This document shows positions 46,201 through 54,235 of a DNA stretch of 61,844 bases, in pieces. Source of the DNA: Alphaproteobacteria bacterium. GTDB lineage: Bacteria > Pseudomonadota > Alphaproteobacteria > CAISOG01. Where the stretch lies: assembly GCA_044375625.1 (NCBI GenBank), contig JBILMH010000004.1, forward strand, positions 1 to 61,844. The letters are read 5' to 3'. The notes beneath the pieces are model-generated. The model had not been told where the DNA came from. It saw only the letters and a program-made list of their open reading frames with translations, and did no database searches. Each line of letters begins with the position of its first letter. Position 1 is the first letter of the stretch. The translations under genes and the position numbers were made by a program.

Positions 46201-47262
46201 ATGAGACACTGGATTATCGGTTGCCTGCTGCTGACCTTAACCGCCTGTGCTGAGGGGCAGTTGGGGGCGCAGCTTTCCAAACGCCTGTATGGCAGTACGG
46301 AGGGTAGTAAGCCAACCTATAAGGTGGGCGAACCCTATACCATCAACGGCGTGACCTATTATCCTGAAGAAAATTTTGACTACAGCGCCAACGGCACGGC
46401 CTCATGGTATGGTAAGGCCTTTCATGGGCGCACAACGGCCAATGGCGAAGTGTTTGACCGCGAACAGCTAACGGCGGCGCACCCAACCCTGCAATTGCCC
46501 AGCATTGCCCGCATTACCAATTTGGAAAACAATCGATCGGTGGTGGTGCGGATTAACGATCGCGGCCCTTTCCGCAAAAATCGCCTGATTGATTTGTCGG
46601 AGCGTACCGCCGATGTGTTGGGCTTTCGGGAAAAGGGTGAGGCCTATGTCAACGTCACCGTCCTTAGTGAACCGAGCATGGAGCTGAAAAACGCACTGTT
46701 AAACAACGGCAAGCAAGATCTCAACGCTATTGATGCCCCGTCGCAGCGGGTGGACAATGTTCGCACCAGCAATATTAAGGCGGCCACGCTGGATAAAAAT
46801 TTGGACAAGGGTATTGCCACCGACAGCCCGCCCCCCCTTAACATTGCCAGCAGCAATAGTCGCCCCCCCCTGCTGGCGCCGCTGCCCCCCCCATCCAGCC
46901 TAATCCCGCTGAATACGGCCAGCCCCAAAAACGCCAGCCACCAAGCCAAGACAGCCGCCAAGACACCGGCCAAAACAAGCGCCAGCCCAACTCTTGCCAC
47001 TAAGGGCGCGGCCGCCACAGCGGCGATTGGCCAAAAAACAGGCTTTGTGCAGGTCGGCAGCTTTAAGAGCGCCAGCGTCGCCGCCCGCGTTTCCGACAGC
47101 GTTAAACCTGCCGCGCCCGCCAACGCAAAAGTTCGGGTGCGCACCGTCGCGGGATCCTCTAAGGTGCAGGTTGGCCCCCTTAAGCCAACCCAATTGGCAG
47201 AGCTGTTGACGAAGGTTAAGGCTTTGGGGTTTAAACAAGCAACCGTGGTTTATGTAGAATGA
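46201..47262 (+). CDS. rlpA: Septal ring lytic transglycosylase RlpA family lipoprotein (DPBB plus SPOR domains)
   Basis: Lipobox LTLTAC, GTASWYGKAFHGRTTANGEVFD...AAHPTLQLPSIARITNLENNRSVVVRINDRGPF, and a C-terminal SPOR-like GFVQVGSFKS. Confidence 0.9.
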   Translation: MRHWIIGCLLLTLTACAEGQLGAQLSKRLYGSTEGSKPTYKVGEPYTINGVTYYPEENFDYSANGTASWYGKAFHGRTTANGEVFDREQLTAAHPTLQLPSIARITNLENNRSVVVRINDRGPFRKNRLIDLSERTADVLGFREKGEAYVNVTVLSEPSMELKNALLNNGKQDLNAIDAPSQRVDNVRTSNIKAATLDKNLDKGIATDSPPPLNIASSNSRPPLLAPLPPPSSLIPLNTASPKNASHQAKTAAKTPAKTSASPTLATKGAAATAAIGQKTGFVQVGSFKSASVAARVSDSVKPAAPANAKVRVRTVAGSSKVQVGPLKPTQLAELLTKVKALGFKQATVVYVE

Positions 47263-48548
47263 CACCGACAAAAAAACTTTTCCTTTCTGGCCTTCTGACC
47301 TTCAGCCTGACCCTTTTCCTGGCCTGGCCAACCAACCCTGCCCAGGCGGCCACGATGGAAACGCGCGCGCAGCAGGCGGTGTTAATCGATCTGTCCACCA
47401 ACACCGTGCTGTTGGAAAAAAACGCCGACCAAGCCATGTACCCATCATCGATGAGCAAGCTGATGACCGCCTATGTCGCCTTTAAGCAGCTGCACGATGG
47501 GGGGCTGCAGTGGGAGAATAAACTGACCGTTAGTGAGCGAGCCTGGCGCACCGGCGGATCCAAAATGTTTGTTGGCCTGAATGAACAAATAAGCGTGCGC
47601 GACCTGTTGCAGGGTATCATCACCCAGTCTGGCAATGATGCCTGTATCACCCTGGCTGAGGGGATTGCCGGCAGTGAGGAGGGGTATGTCGCCATGATGA
47701 ATGAGGCCGCCAACGATATCGGCCTGCGCCACAGCCATTTCAACAACACCACCGGCTTGCCCGATCCGCGCCATTACACCACCGCCCGCGACCTTTCGAT
47801 CATCGCCAGCCGCATTCTTAAGGATTTTCCCGATTTCTATCCGATGTACAGCGTGCGCAGCTTTACCTACAACAACATCACCCAACCGAACCGCAACCCA
47901 CTGTTGGGCAATTTTACGGGTGCGGACGGCTTGAAAACTGGCCATACCGATGCGGCGGGCTATGGGCTGGTAGGATCGGCGATCCGCGATGGCCGCCGCC
48001 TGTTGCTGGTGGTTAATGGCCTGCCCAGCCTGACGGCGCGGGCGGAGGATTCTGCCCGCCTGCTGGATTGGGGATTCCGTGAGTTTGTCAGCACCGCCGT
48101 GGTGAAAAAAGATGCGGTGGTGGTGGAGGCGGATGTCTGGTTAGGCAATCCCGCGCGGGTTAAGTTGGTGGCGGGCGCCGACTTGCAACTGACCATTCCG
48201 CGTGCGCAGGCGCGATCGATTAAGGCCAAAGCGGTGTTTAATTCCCCTATCCCCTCGGATCTTAAGGCCGGCACCCAGGTTGGCACGATTGTGGTCACCA
48301 GTGGCGTTGGTGGGGGCGTTGGTGGTGGCGGCGACGGTACCAGCAAGCCATTAGAAGTGCCGCTGGTGGTGGCCAATGATACCGCCAGCCTAAGTGGCCC
48401 CGCCCGTGTGGTTGAGGCCTTTCGCTATTTGATGTGGGGATCTAAGCCCGCAACCGCGCCTGGATCACCGTCCGCATCACCGTCCGCACCATCCTCCGCA
48501 TCCCCAGCCTCTGCCCCTGCTGCGGCAACCAGCCCCAGCCCCCGTTAG
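47259..48548 (+). CDS. D-alanyl-D-alanine carboxypeptidase (peptidase S11, PBP5-like) with Gly-rich insert and Ser/Pro/Ala-rich tail
   Basis: SMSKLMT (SxxK), SGNDA (SxN) and KTGHT (KTG). Confidence 0.92.
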   Translation: MTPTKKLFLSGLLTFSLTLFLAWPTNPAQAATMETRAQQAVLIDLSTNTVLLEKNADQAMYPSSMSKLMTAYVAFKQLHDGGLQWENKLTVSERAWRTGGSKMFVGLNEQISVRDLLQGIITQSGNDACITLAEGIAGSEEGYVAMMNEAANDIGLRHSHFNNTTGLPDPRHYTTARDLSIIASRILKDFPDFYPMYSVRSFTYNNITQPNRNPLLGNFTGADGLKTGHTDAAGYGLVGSAIRDGRRLLLVVNGLPSLTARAEDSARLLDWGFREFVSTAVVKKDAVVVEADVWLGNPARVKLVAGADLQLTIPRAQARSIKAKAVFNSPIPSDLKAGTQVGTIVVTSGVGGGVGGGGDGTSKPLEVPLVVANDTASLSGPARVVEAFRYLMWGSKPATAPGSPSASPSAPSSASPASAPAAATSPSPR

Positions 48549-48551
48549 GTT

Positions 48552-49226
48552 GTGACGCACCCATCCGCCACGGTTGGCCGATTCATCACCTTGGAGGGGG
48601 GGGAGGCCTGCGGCAAATCGACCCAGGCTGGCTTGCTGGCTGAACAGTTGCAACAGCGCGGCATTGCCGTTTACCTGACCCGTGAACCGGGCGGCACGGC
48701 GGAGGGGGAAGCCCTGCGACAGCTGTTTTTCGACCCACAGGCGGATTGGCAACCGTTGAGCGAGCTGTTCCTGATTCTGGCGGCGCGTCACCAACATGTG
48801 ACCAAGGTGCTTAAGCCGAAATTGGCGGCGGGTGTTTGGGTGATTTGCGATCGCTTTACCGATTCGACCCTGGTCTATCAGGGGTTGTTGGGCGGCCTGC
48901 CCTTGGAGCTGCTGACCCAACAAAACCAGCTGGCCTGTGATGGGTTAAGCCCCGACATCACCTTTCTGCTCGATTTACCCCTGGCCGAGGTGCAACGGCG
49001 GTTGCAGGCCGATAGCAGTAAGGGGACGCGCCAGGATACGGGGCTGGATCACGCCGCCTGTATCGCAGGCTTTCACCAGCTGGCCGCCAGCGAACCGGAT
49101 CGGATCGTGACGGTGGATGCCAACCAGCCGCCCGCAGCGGTGACCAGCCAGCTGCTGACCCTGCTGACCCAACGCTGGCCGTTGCCGCAGCAGGTGCAGG
49201 TGCAGACACAGACGCAGGCGGGGTAG
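48552..49226 (+). CDS. tmk: Thymidylate kinase (GTG start)
   Basis: FITLEGGEACGKSTQ P-loop, and DRFTDSTLVYQG. Confidence 0.92.
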   Translation: MTHPSATVGRFITLEGGEACGKSTQAGLLAEQLQQRGIAVYLTREPGGTAEGEALRQLFFDPQADWQPLSELFLILAARHQHVTKVLKPKLAAGVWVICDRFTDSTLVYQGLLGGLPLELLTQQNQLACDGLSPDITFLLDLPLAEVQRRLQADSSKGTRQDTGLDHAACIAGFHQLAASEPDRIVTVDANQPPAAVTSQLLTLLTQRWPLPQQVQVQTQTQAG

Positions 49227-49236
49227 CGGCATTATC

Positions 49237-50556
49237 ATGAACCCTGCTGCCAGCTCTATCCCCGCCTCCGCCAACCCTGGTGCATCGCCCGCGCTGTCGC
49301 CGCTGACCAATCCCCATTTGATTGGGTTGGAGGCGCCTGTTCACCAGCTGCAACAGGCCTTGACGGCGGGGCGGTTGGCGGGATCCTGGTTGCTGACGGG
49401 GGAAGCGGGGGTGGGTAAGGCGACGTTGGCATTGCGGCTGGCTCGCTATCTGTTGGCGGGATCACTGGGTGCACCCCAACCTGGTCAGGATGTTTTTGCC
49501 AACCACAGCCCCGCCGCCGATTCGGTACAGGACTTGGGCTTGTTTGGGGATCTGTTGGCCAGCCCCGCGCCCGAACTTTTCCCTGCTTCAACCCCTGATC
49601 CAGCCCCTCAGGCCGTCTCTCAGCAAGCCGCCGTTCCCGACCTAAAGACAGAAACCGCCTTTGCCCTGGCCGCTGACCACCCGGTTTTTCAGCAGGTCGC
49701 CAATTTGTCGCATCCCGATTGCTGCGTGGTGATGCCCGAAGCCACTGGCCAAAGCGGCAGGTTGACCATCACCATTGAGCAAATTCGCCGCTTGACCGAT
49801 TTTCTGCGGCTGGCGGCGGGGCATGACGGCTGGCGCGTCGCCCTGGTCGATCAGGCGCACAGCATGACCCGTCAGGCGCAAAACGCCCTGCTGAAATCTC
49901 TTGAGGAGCCGCCCGCCCAAACCCTAATCCTGCTGACCACCCCGCTGCCCAGCGCGCTGTTGCCGACCATTCGTTCGCGCTGCCGCCGCCTGAGTATTCC
50001 TGCCCTTAGCGGGGATCAGGTGCGGCAGGGGTTGGCGTTGCTGTACCCCGATTATCCGCCCTTGCCCACGGATCTGCAGGCCAGCTTTCGCCTGACCACC
50101 ATTGGCCAGGCCGCCCGCTTTTTGGTGACGTTATGGCCTGGCTATCAATCGCTGTTAGAGCTATTGGGGCGCAGCGGCGAACCCAATTTTCATTTGTTGC
50201 AGCAATGGCGCAAAAGCCTTAGCCCGCTGACCAGTGGCAGCACCCTGCCGCTGGAGTCAGAACTGATGAACCTGTTGATGCAGCGGTGGTTGCGCAGCTT
50301 TGCCCTAAGCGCCGACCAAAGCGCTGCCGCAACGCCCACCGCTCCCCTGTTGGCGCAGGAGGCGGCGTTGTTCTCACGGCTTAGCCTAGGCAATGGTGGA
50401 CAAGCCTCCATCAGCGGCCACGCCCTTGGCCAGCGCCAGGCCGCCGTGACCCGCTGGTTGCAGGAGGGGGCGGCCAGCAACCTTGATCCCGCTGCCATCA
50501 GCTGGCAAGCCCTAACCCTGATTTACGGCCTCAACCCCGCCAACCAAGCCGCCTAG
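49237..50556 (+). CDS. holB: DNA polymerase III subunit delta' (with long insert)
   Basis: GRLAGSWLLTGEAGVGKATLALRLARYLL, NALLKSLEEPP and TIRSRC. Confidence 0.88.
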   Translation: MNPAASSIPASANPGASPALSPLTNPHLIGLEAPVHQLQQALTAGRLAGSWLLTGEAGVGKATLALRLARYLLAGSLGAPQPGQDVFANHSPAADSVQDLGLFGDLLASPAPELFPASTPDPAPQAVSQQAAVPDLKTETAFALAADHPVFQQVANLSHPDCCVVMPEATGQSGRLTITIEQIRRLTDFLRLAAGHDGWRVALVDQAHSMTRQAQNALLKSLEEPPAQTLILLTTPLPSALLPTIRSRCRRLSIPALSGDQVRQGLALLYPDYPPLPTDLQASFRLTTIGQAARFLVTLWPGYQSLLELLGRSGEPNFHLLQQWRKSLSPLTSGSTLPLESELMNLLMQRWLRSFALSADQSAAATPTAPLLAQEAALFSRLSLGNGGQASISGHALGQRQAAVTRWLQEGAASNLDPAAISWQALTLIYGLNPANQAA

Positions 50557-50561
50557 GCCGC
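50538..50561 (+). repeat. 24-bp direct repeat, left copy (last holB codons plus stop: cgccaaccaagccgcctaggccgc)
   Basis: 21/24 identical to 52337-52360. It ends one nucleotide before the stop codon of the first cassette gene (50562). Confidence 0.8.
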
Positions 50562-50960
50562 CTATTTTTTTACAAAATGCGCTTTTTCTGCAAGTTCTGT
50601 CGCTACCACCCTCATTAGTGATTTTTCAGATGGCACAGCTTTGATATTCGCATGTTTTGGATGCCCAACACCGTCTACCAGCACTTGCAAGAAACCTCCC
50701 ATGCCGTTAGCAATTTTTTGAACCTCAGCTACCTTCAGATCCGCACGAGCCAACACCTCTTTATCCGTTCTAATTCTAGAACCAATATCCCAGATACTTT
50801 CCTCAGAACACTCTGTTACTAAAAATACAGAAATCTCATTAGGATATTTAGAGTTAGGCATAAAGACATTGTGCTTAATGGGATTGCTCCTAAGCCAATC
50901 CCGTTCAAAAATGTAGCGGGCAATTTTGTCAGCATCAGAAGCGGGGTAATCTAGAGTCAA
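50562..50960 (-). CDS. Hypothetical protein, third gene of the AT-rich three-gene operon
   Basis: 132-aa ORF. Its TTG start overlaps the upstream TGA (TTGA). No motif recognised. Very low G+C. Confidence 0.6.
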   Translation of the reverse strand: MTLDYPASDADKIARYIFERDWLRSNPIKHNVFMPNSKYPNEISVFLVTECSEESIWDIGSRIRTDKEVLARADLKVAEVQKIANGMGGFLQVLVDGVGHPKHANIKAVPSEKSLMRVVATELAEKAHFVKK

Positions 50961-51520
50961 CTGGCAAAACCCTCTATTAAATTCAGCAAATTCAATACTT
51001 CTTCAGGCAATTTGTTGCCGAACTGAACATCGCCAAATAAGCGACCATGTGGGCTAACACCCCCCCATTCTATCCGATCATTTTCATTAACACCAATCAC
51101 GACATGATAGCCACGTTTTTTCCAGACCATTGACAGAGCGCCATCTGGTTCAGCACAAATTTCTGGGCAAGAAATATGTTCTGGCAAAAAACTCAAAAAC
51201 AAAAGAGTTTTTTCAAAAAAAATCTCTTTAACTGGTTCGGCATCATAGCCATCCCAATCTCGAGCAGAATAATTTTCTCTTATAAAATTCAATTCACCAA
51301 ATATATCTCTTTTCCTAAATGAAATTGATTGATCTTTTTCTTTATCAATTTTCTCTAAAGATTTTGATATGAACTTAGATGATGGGTTGTATACATCACG
51401 CACATCATGGCCTGTACGTGACAATCTATAACGACCTCTATTAATAGAAAAATTTGTCTGAGCAGAAAAATTTCTGCTAAATTCCATTGGTATTTCATAT
51501 GTTGCACAATTTACTCTCAT
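50957..51520 (-). CDS. Hypothetical protein with DWDGYDAEP motif, second gene of the operon
   Basis: 187-aa ORF. Its ATG overlaps the upstream TGA (ATGA). The C-terminal half has ARDWDGYDAEPV...AEPDGALSMVW, a pattern I have seen in uncharacterised small bacterial and phage proteins. Confidence 0.65.
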   Translation of the reverse strand: MRVNCATYEIPMEFSRNFSAQTNFSINRGRYRLSRTGHDVRDVYNPSSKFISKSLEKIDKEKDQSISFRKRDIFGELNFIRENYSARDWDGYDAEPVKEIFFEKTLLFLSFLPEHISCPEICAEPDGALSMVWKKRGYHVVIGVNENDRIEWGGVSPHGRLFGDVQFGNKLPEEVLNLLNLIEGFAS

Positions 51521-52284
51521 GAAAATAAATCCTGCGCATTTGGTAAATTAGAGAAAAATATATGGTTTTTAAAAAGACGCAATCTTTCTAAGGTGTCATA
51601 TATATTGCTATAATTTTCATATTCGAAATAATCTTGGTCGTTTTTTACGTCAATATCCATAATAATTTTTAATTTTTCTTCTTCTGGCTTTATTGTCAAT
51701 AAAACAACCGCTTGCGCTGTGTATTTTAATGAATTTAAAACGTACCTTGAAAAAATTTCTGAAACACCTATTTCAGAACTATCATAATCTGATCTGCCAC
51801 GAAAAAACGATCCCATTAGAAGATTTTTATGCCAATCTTCCTTATTCAAATAAAAACTGTTTATATATCTTAATGATAAATCGTTTATTTTTGATACAAT
51901 AATATTATTAGAAAAAATTTCCCAATATTTCTTATACTCATCAGAAAAATTTTCCCAGGAAATATAAGGTTTCAACTTGTTAAAAATGAGTTTATTTTTG
52001 CTGCAATGCAAATAATTCTGAATATCATCAGAAAACAAAAAACCTATCTTTTCGTTTGTGCTATTATGTGAAAAATTTGTTCCATCTTCACCAAAGTTAA
52101 TGGCGGAATGAAATTGTCGCCATTCTTTTTTGTTTGGATAAAAACCTTCGAAAGCCTTAAAAATTTTTTCAAGGCTTTCTGTTGATACATCTTTATTATG
52201 CTCAACGCCTACACTGATAACCGCCTCCTCAATCGGAGGAGATTTAAGCTTCGGATACTTTCTTCTTAACGCAAGTTCGGACAT
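51517..52284 (-). CDS. Hypothetical protein, TIGR04255-like N-terminus, first gene of the operon
   Basis: 255-aa ORF. YPKLKSPPIEEAVISVGV resembles the start of the uncharacterised TIGR04255 family (recognised from memory, not searched). 16/60 G+C in 51541-51600. Confidence 0.65.
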   Translation of the reverse strand: MSELALRRKYPKLKSPPIEEAVISVGVEHNKDVSTESLEKIFKAFEGFYPNKKEWRQFHSAINFGEDGTNFSHNSTNEKIGFLFSDDIQNYLHCSKNKLIFNKLKPYISWENFSDEYKKYWEIFSNNIIVSKINDLSLRYINSFYLNKEDWHKNLLMGSFFRGRSDYDSSEIGVSEIFSRYVLNSLKYTAQAVVLLTIKPEEEKLKIIMDIDVKNDQDYFEYENYSNIYDTLERLRLFKNHIFFSNLPNAQDLFS

Positions 52285-52336
52285 GATAACTCCCTATGCC
52301 TACAATAGCACAAAGAAAATGAAATTCCATGGGAAT

Positions 52337-52360
52337 CGCCAGCCAGGCGGCCTAGGCCGC
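52337..52360 (+). repeat. 24-bp direct repeat, right copy (cgccagccaggcggcctaggccgc)
   Basis: A relic-like copy of the holB 3' end including TAG. It lies 52 nt beyond the start codon of the cassette's first gene. Confidence 0.8.
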
Positions 52361-52431
52361 TGCACACACCCCCTAAGCCAACCGCAAAACTGCTTGCAAA
52401 ATGACTGGGCAAAGGCAATCGCTTTGGCCTA

Positions 52432-52581
52432 TATAGTTGTTCCAATTTAGAAATATACGGCCTGCGAAAATATTACGAGGTCGAGAAACGGAGCGGGAGT
52501 GTACACGGACGTACATGAGCACCGTATCGCAGAGATCGTAATATTTGCAGCACTGTAGATTTCTAAAGGGGAATGACTATA
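52432..52581 (-). mobile_element. MITE-like element, copy B (inverted relative to copy A)
   Basis: The reverse complement aligns end to end with 14480-14628, with the same terminal inverted repeats and TA flanks. It lies 48 nt upstream of the preferred metG start. Confidence 0.85.
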
Positions 52582-52629
52582 GTTATCGACAACCTTAATG
52601 ATTTTATAGCCCAACAAAAGTTCACAACC

Positions 52630-54231
52630 ATGACCACGCCCCCCGCCAAATCCGCCGCCACTGTGCAAAAAGGCTGTTTGATTACCACCCCGATCTACTA
52701 CCCCAACGCCGCCCCCCACCTGGGGCATGCCTATTGCGACGTCGCCGCCGATGTGCTGGCGCGCTATTACCGCTCAACGGGGCAGACGGTGTTGTTGCTA
52801 ACCGGCACCGATGAGCATGGCCAAAAGATTGCCCGCGCCGCCGCCGATAAGGGCATCAGCCCGCAGGCGCATGTGGATGAGCAATCGGCGCATTTTCGTG
52901 ACCTGGCCGCCACCCTGACCATGTCCAACGACGATTTTATTCGCACGACAGAGCCGCGTCATCATCACGCTGCCCAAGCTTTCTGGCGGGAATTGGCGGC
53001 CAGCCATGCCCCCGATGGCCAGCTCAATGTCTATTTGGGTCACTACGCCGGCTGGTATTCCGCCCGCGATGAGACCTTTTTCCAAGAGGCCGAACTGGTC
53101 GATGGCAAGGCGCCCACCGGCGCGCCCGTGGAGTGGACGGAGGAGGCAACCTATTATTTCCGCCTATCCGCCTGGCAAGACCGCCTGCTGGCCTATTTTC
53201 GCCAATATCCCGACGCCATTCAGCCCGCCAGCCGCCGCAACGAAGTCTTGGCCTTTATTGAGCGCGGCCTTACCGATTTGTCCATCTCCCGCACGGGGGT
53301 CAGCTGGGGGATTCCCGTGCCCGACGCCCCCGGCCATGTCATGTATGTGTGGACAGACGCGCTGGTCAACTATTTGACCGCCATTGATTTTCCAAACAGG
53401 GATAGCCAACTGTTTCAGCAGTTTTGGCCAGCCAAGCTGCATCTGGTCGGCAAGGATATCATCCGTTTTCACTGCATCATTTGGCCTGCCATGTTGATGG
53501 CGGTTGGCCTGGAACCGCCCCAACAAGTGTTCGCCCACGGCTTTTTCATCAGCGGCGGCCAAAAAATGTCGAAATCGATCGGCAATGTGGTGGATCCGTT
53601 TGAGCTGGTGCGCCACTATGGCGCCGACAGCTTTCGTTTTTATGTGATGAGCGAGTTTGCCTTTGGCCAGGATGGCGATTTTCAGGAGGCGAATTTGGCG
53701 CAGCGCCACAACAGCATGTTGGCCAATGATTTGGGCAATCTAAGCCAACGCAGCCTGTCGATGCTGCAGCGCTATCTGGGCGGTGTCGTGCCAGCCTGGC
53801 CTGATGCGGCGCGGTTGGAGGCGGCCGATAACGCCCTGCTGACCCTGGCCAGCCAAAATCTGGCGCTGTATCATCAGGCCATGACGGAGCTGGCCTATCA
53901 TCGCGCGCTTGAGCTGATTTGGCAGGTTATCACCGCCGCCAACCAATATGTCGATACCCAGGCACCGTGGAGCCTGCATAAACAGGGCTCTGCCCGCCTG
54001 CCCATCGTGCTGCGCGTGCTGACGGAGGTGTTGGCGTGGCTATCGGTGCTGCTGACCCCCTTTATGCCGGGGTCGATGGCCGCCTTGCAAGCCAACCTGC
54101 AATTGCCAAGCGATCGCGCCAACCTGGTCGCGTTGACCAGCCATCGGCCGCTGTTGCCGGATGGCGCAACGCTGACGCCGCCTACCCCGCTGTTCCCACG
54201 GTTGGATCTTGCCGCGCTGACGGAGGCTTAG
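52630..54231 (+). CDS. metG: Methionine--tRNA ligase
   Basis: ITTPIYYPNAAPHLGHAY (HIGH-type motif), GQKMSKSIGN (KMSKS) and WPAKLHLVGKDIIRFH. The ORF-track start at 52573 lies inside the MITE, so ATG 52630 is preferred. Confidence 0.95.
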   Translation: MTTPPAKSAATVQKGCLITTPIYYPNAAPHLGHAYCDVAADVLARYYRSTGQTVLLLTGTDEHGQKIARAAADKGISPQAHVDEQSAHFRDLAATLTMSNDDFIRTTEPRHHHAAQAFWRELAASHAPDGQLNVYLGHYAGWYSARDETFFQEAELVDGKAPTGAPVEWTEEATYYFRLSAWQDRLLAYFRQYPDAIQPASRRNEVLAFIERGLTDLSISRTGVSWGIPVPDAPGHVMYVWTDALVNYLTAIDFPNRDSQLFQQFWPAKLHLVGKDIIRFHCIIWPAMLMAVGLEPPQQVFAHGFFISGGQKMSKSIGNVVDPFELVRHYGADSFRFYVMSEFAFGQDGDFQEANLAQRHNSMLANDLGNLSQRSLSMLQRYLGGVVPAWPDAARLEAADNALLTLASQNLALYHQAMTELAYHRALELIWQVITAANQYVDTQAPWSLHKQGSARLPIVLRVLTEVLAWLSVLLTPFMPGSMAALQANLQLPSDRANLVALTSHRPLLPDGATLTPPTPLFPRLDLAALTEA

Positions 54232-54235
54232 GGGC

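Noticed and set aside
14480-52581. The two inverted MITE copies could delimit a 38-kb composite transposon or invertible segment.
   Set aside because: The interval is filled with GC-rich core genes (pur, pdh, hda, tmk, holB and others) in typical alphaproteobacterial order. Nothing marks it as a unit. An inversion between the copies remains possible, but it cannot be judged from a single sequence.
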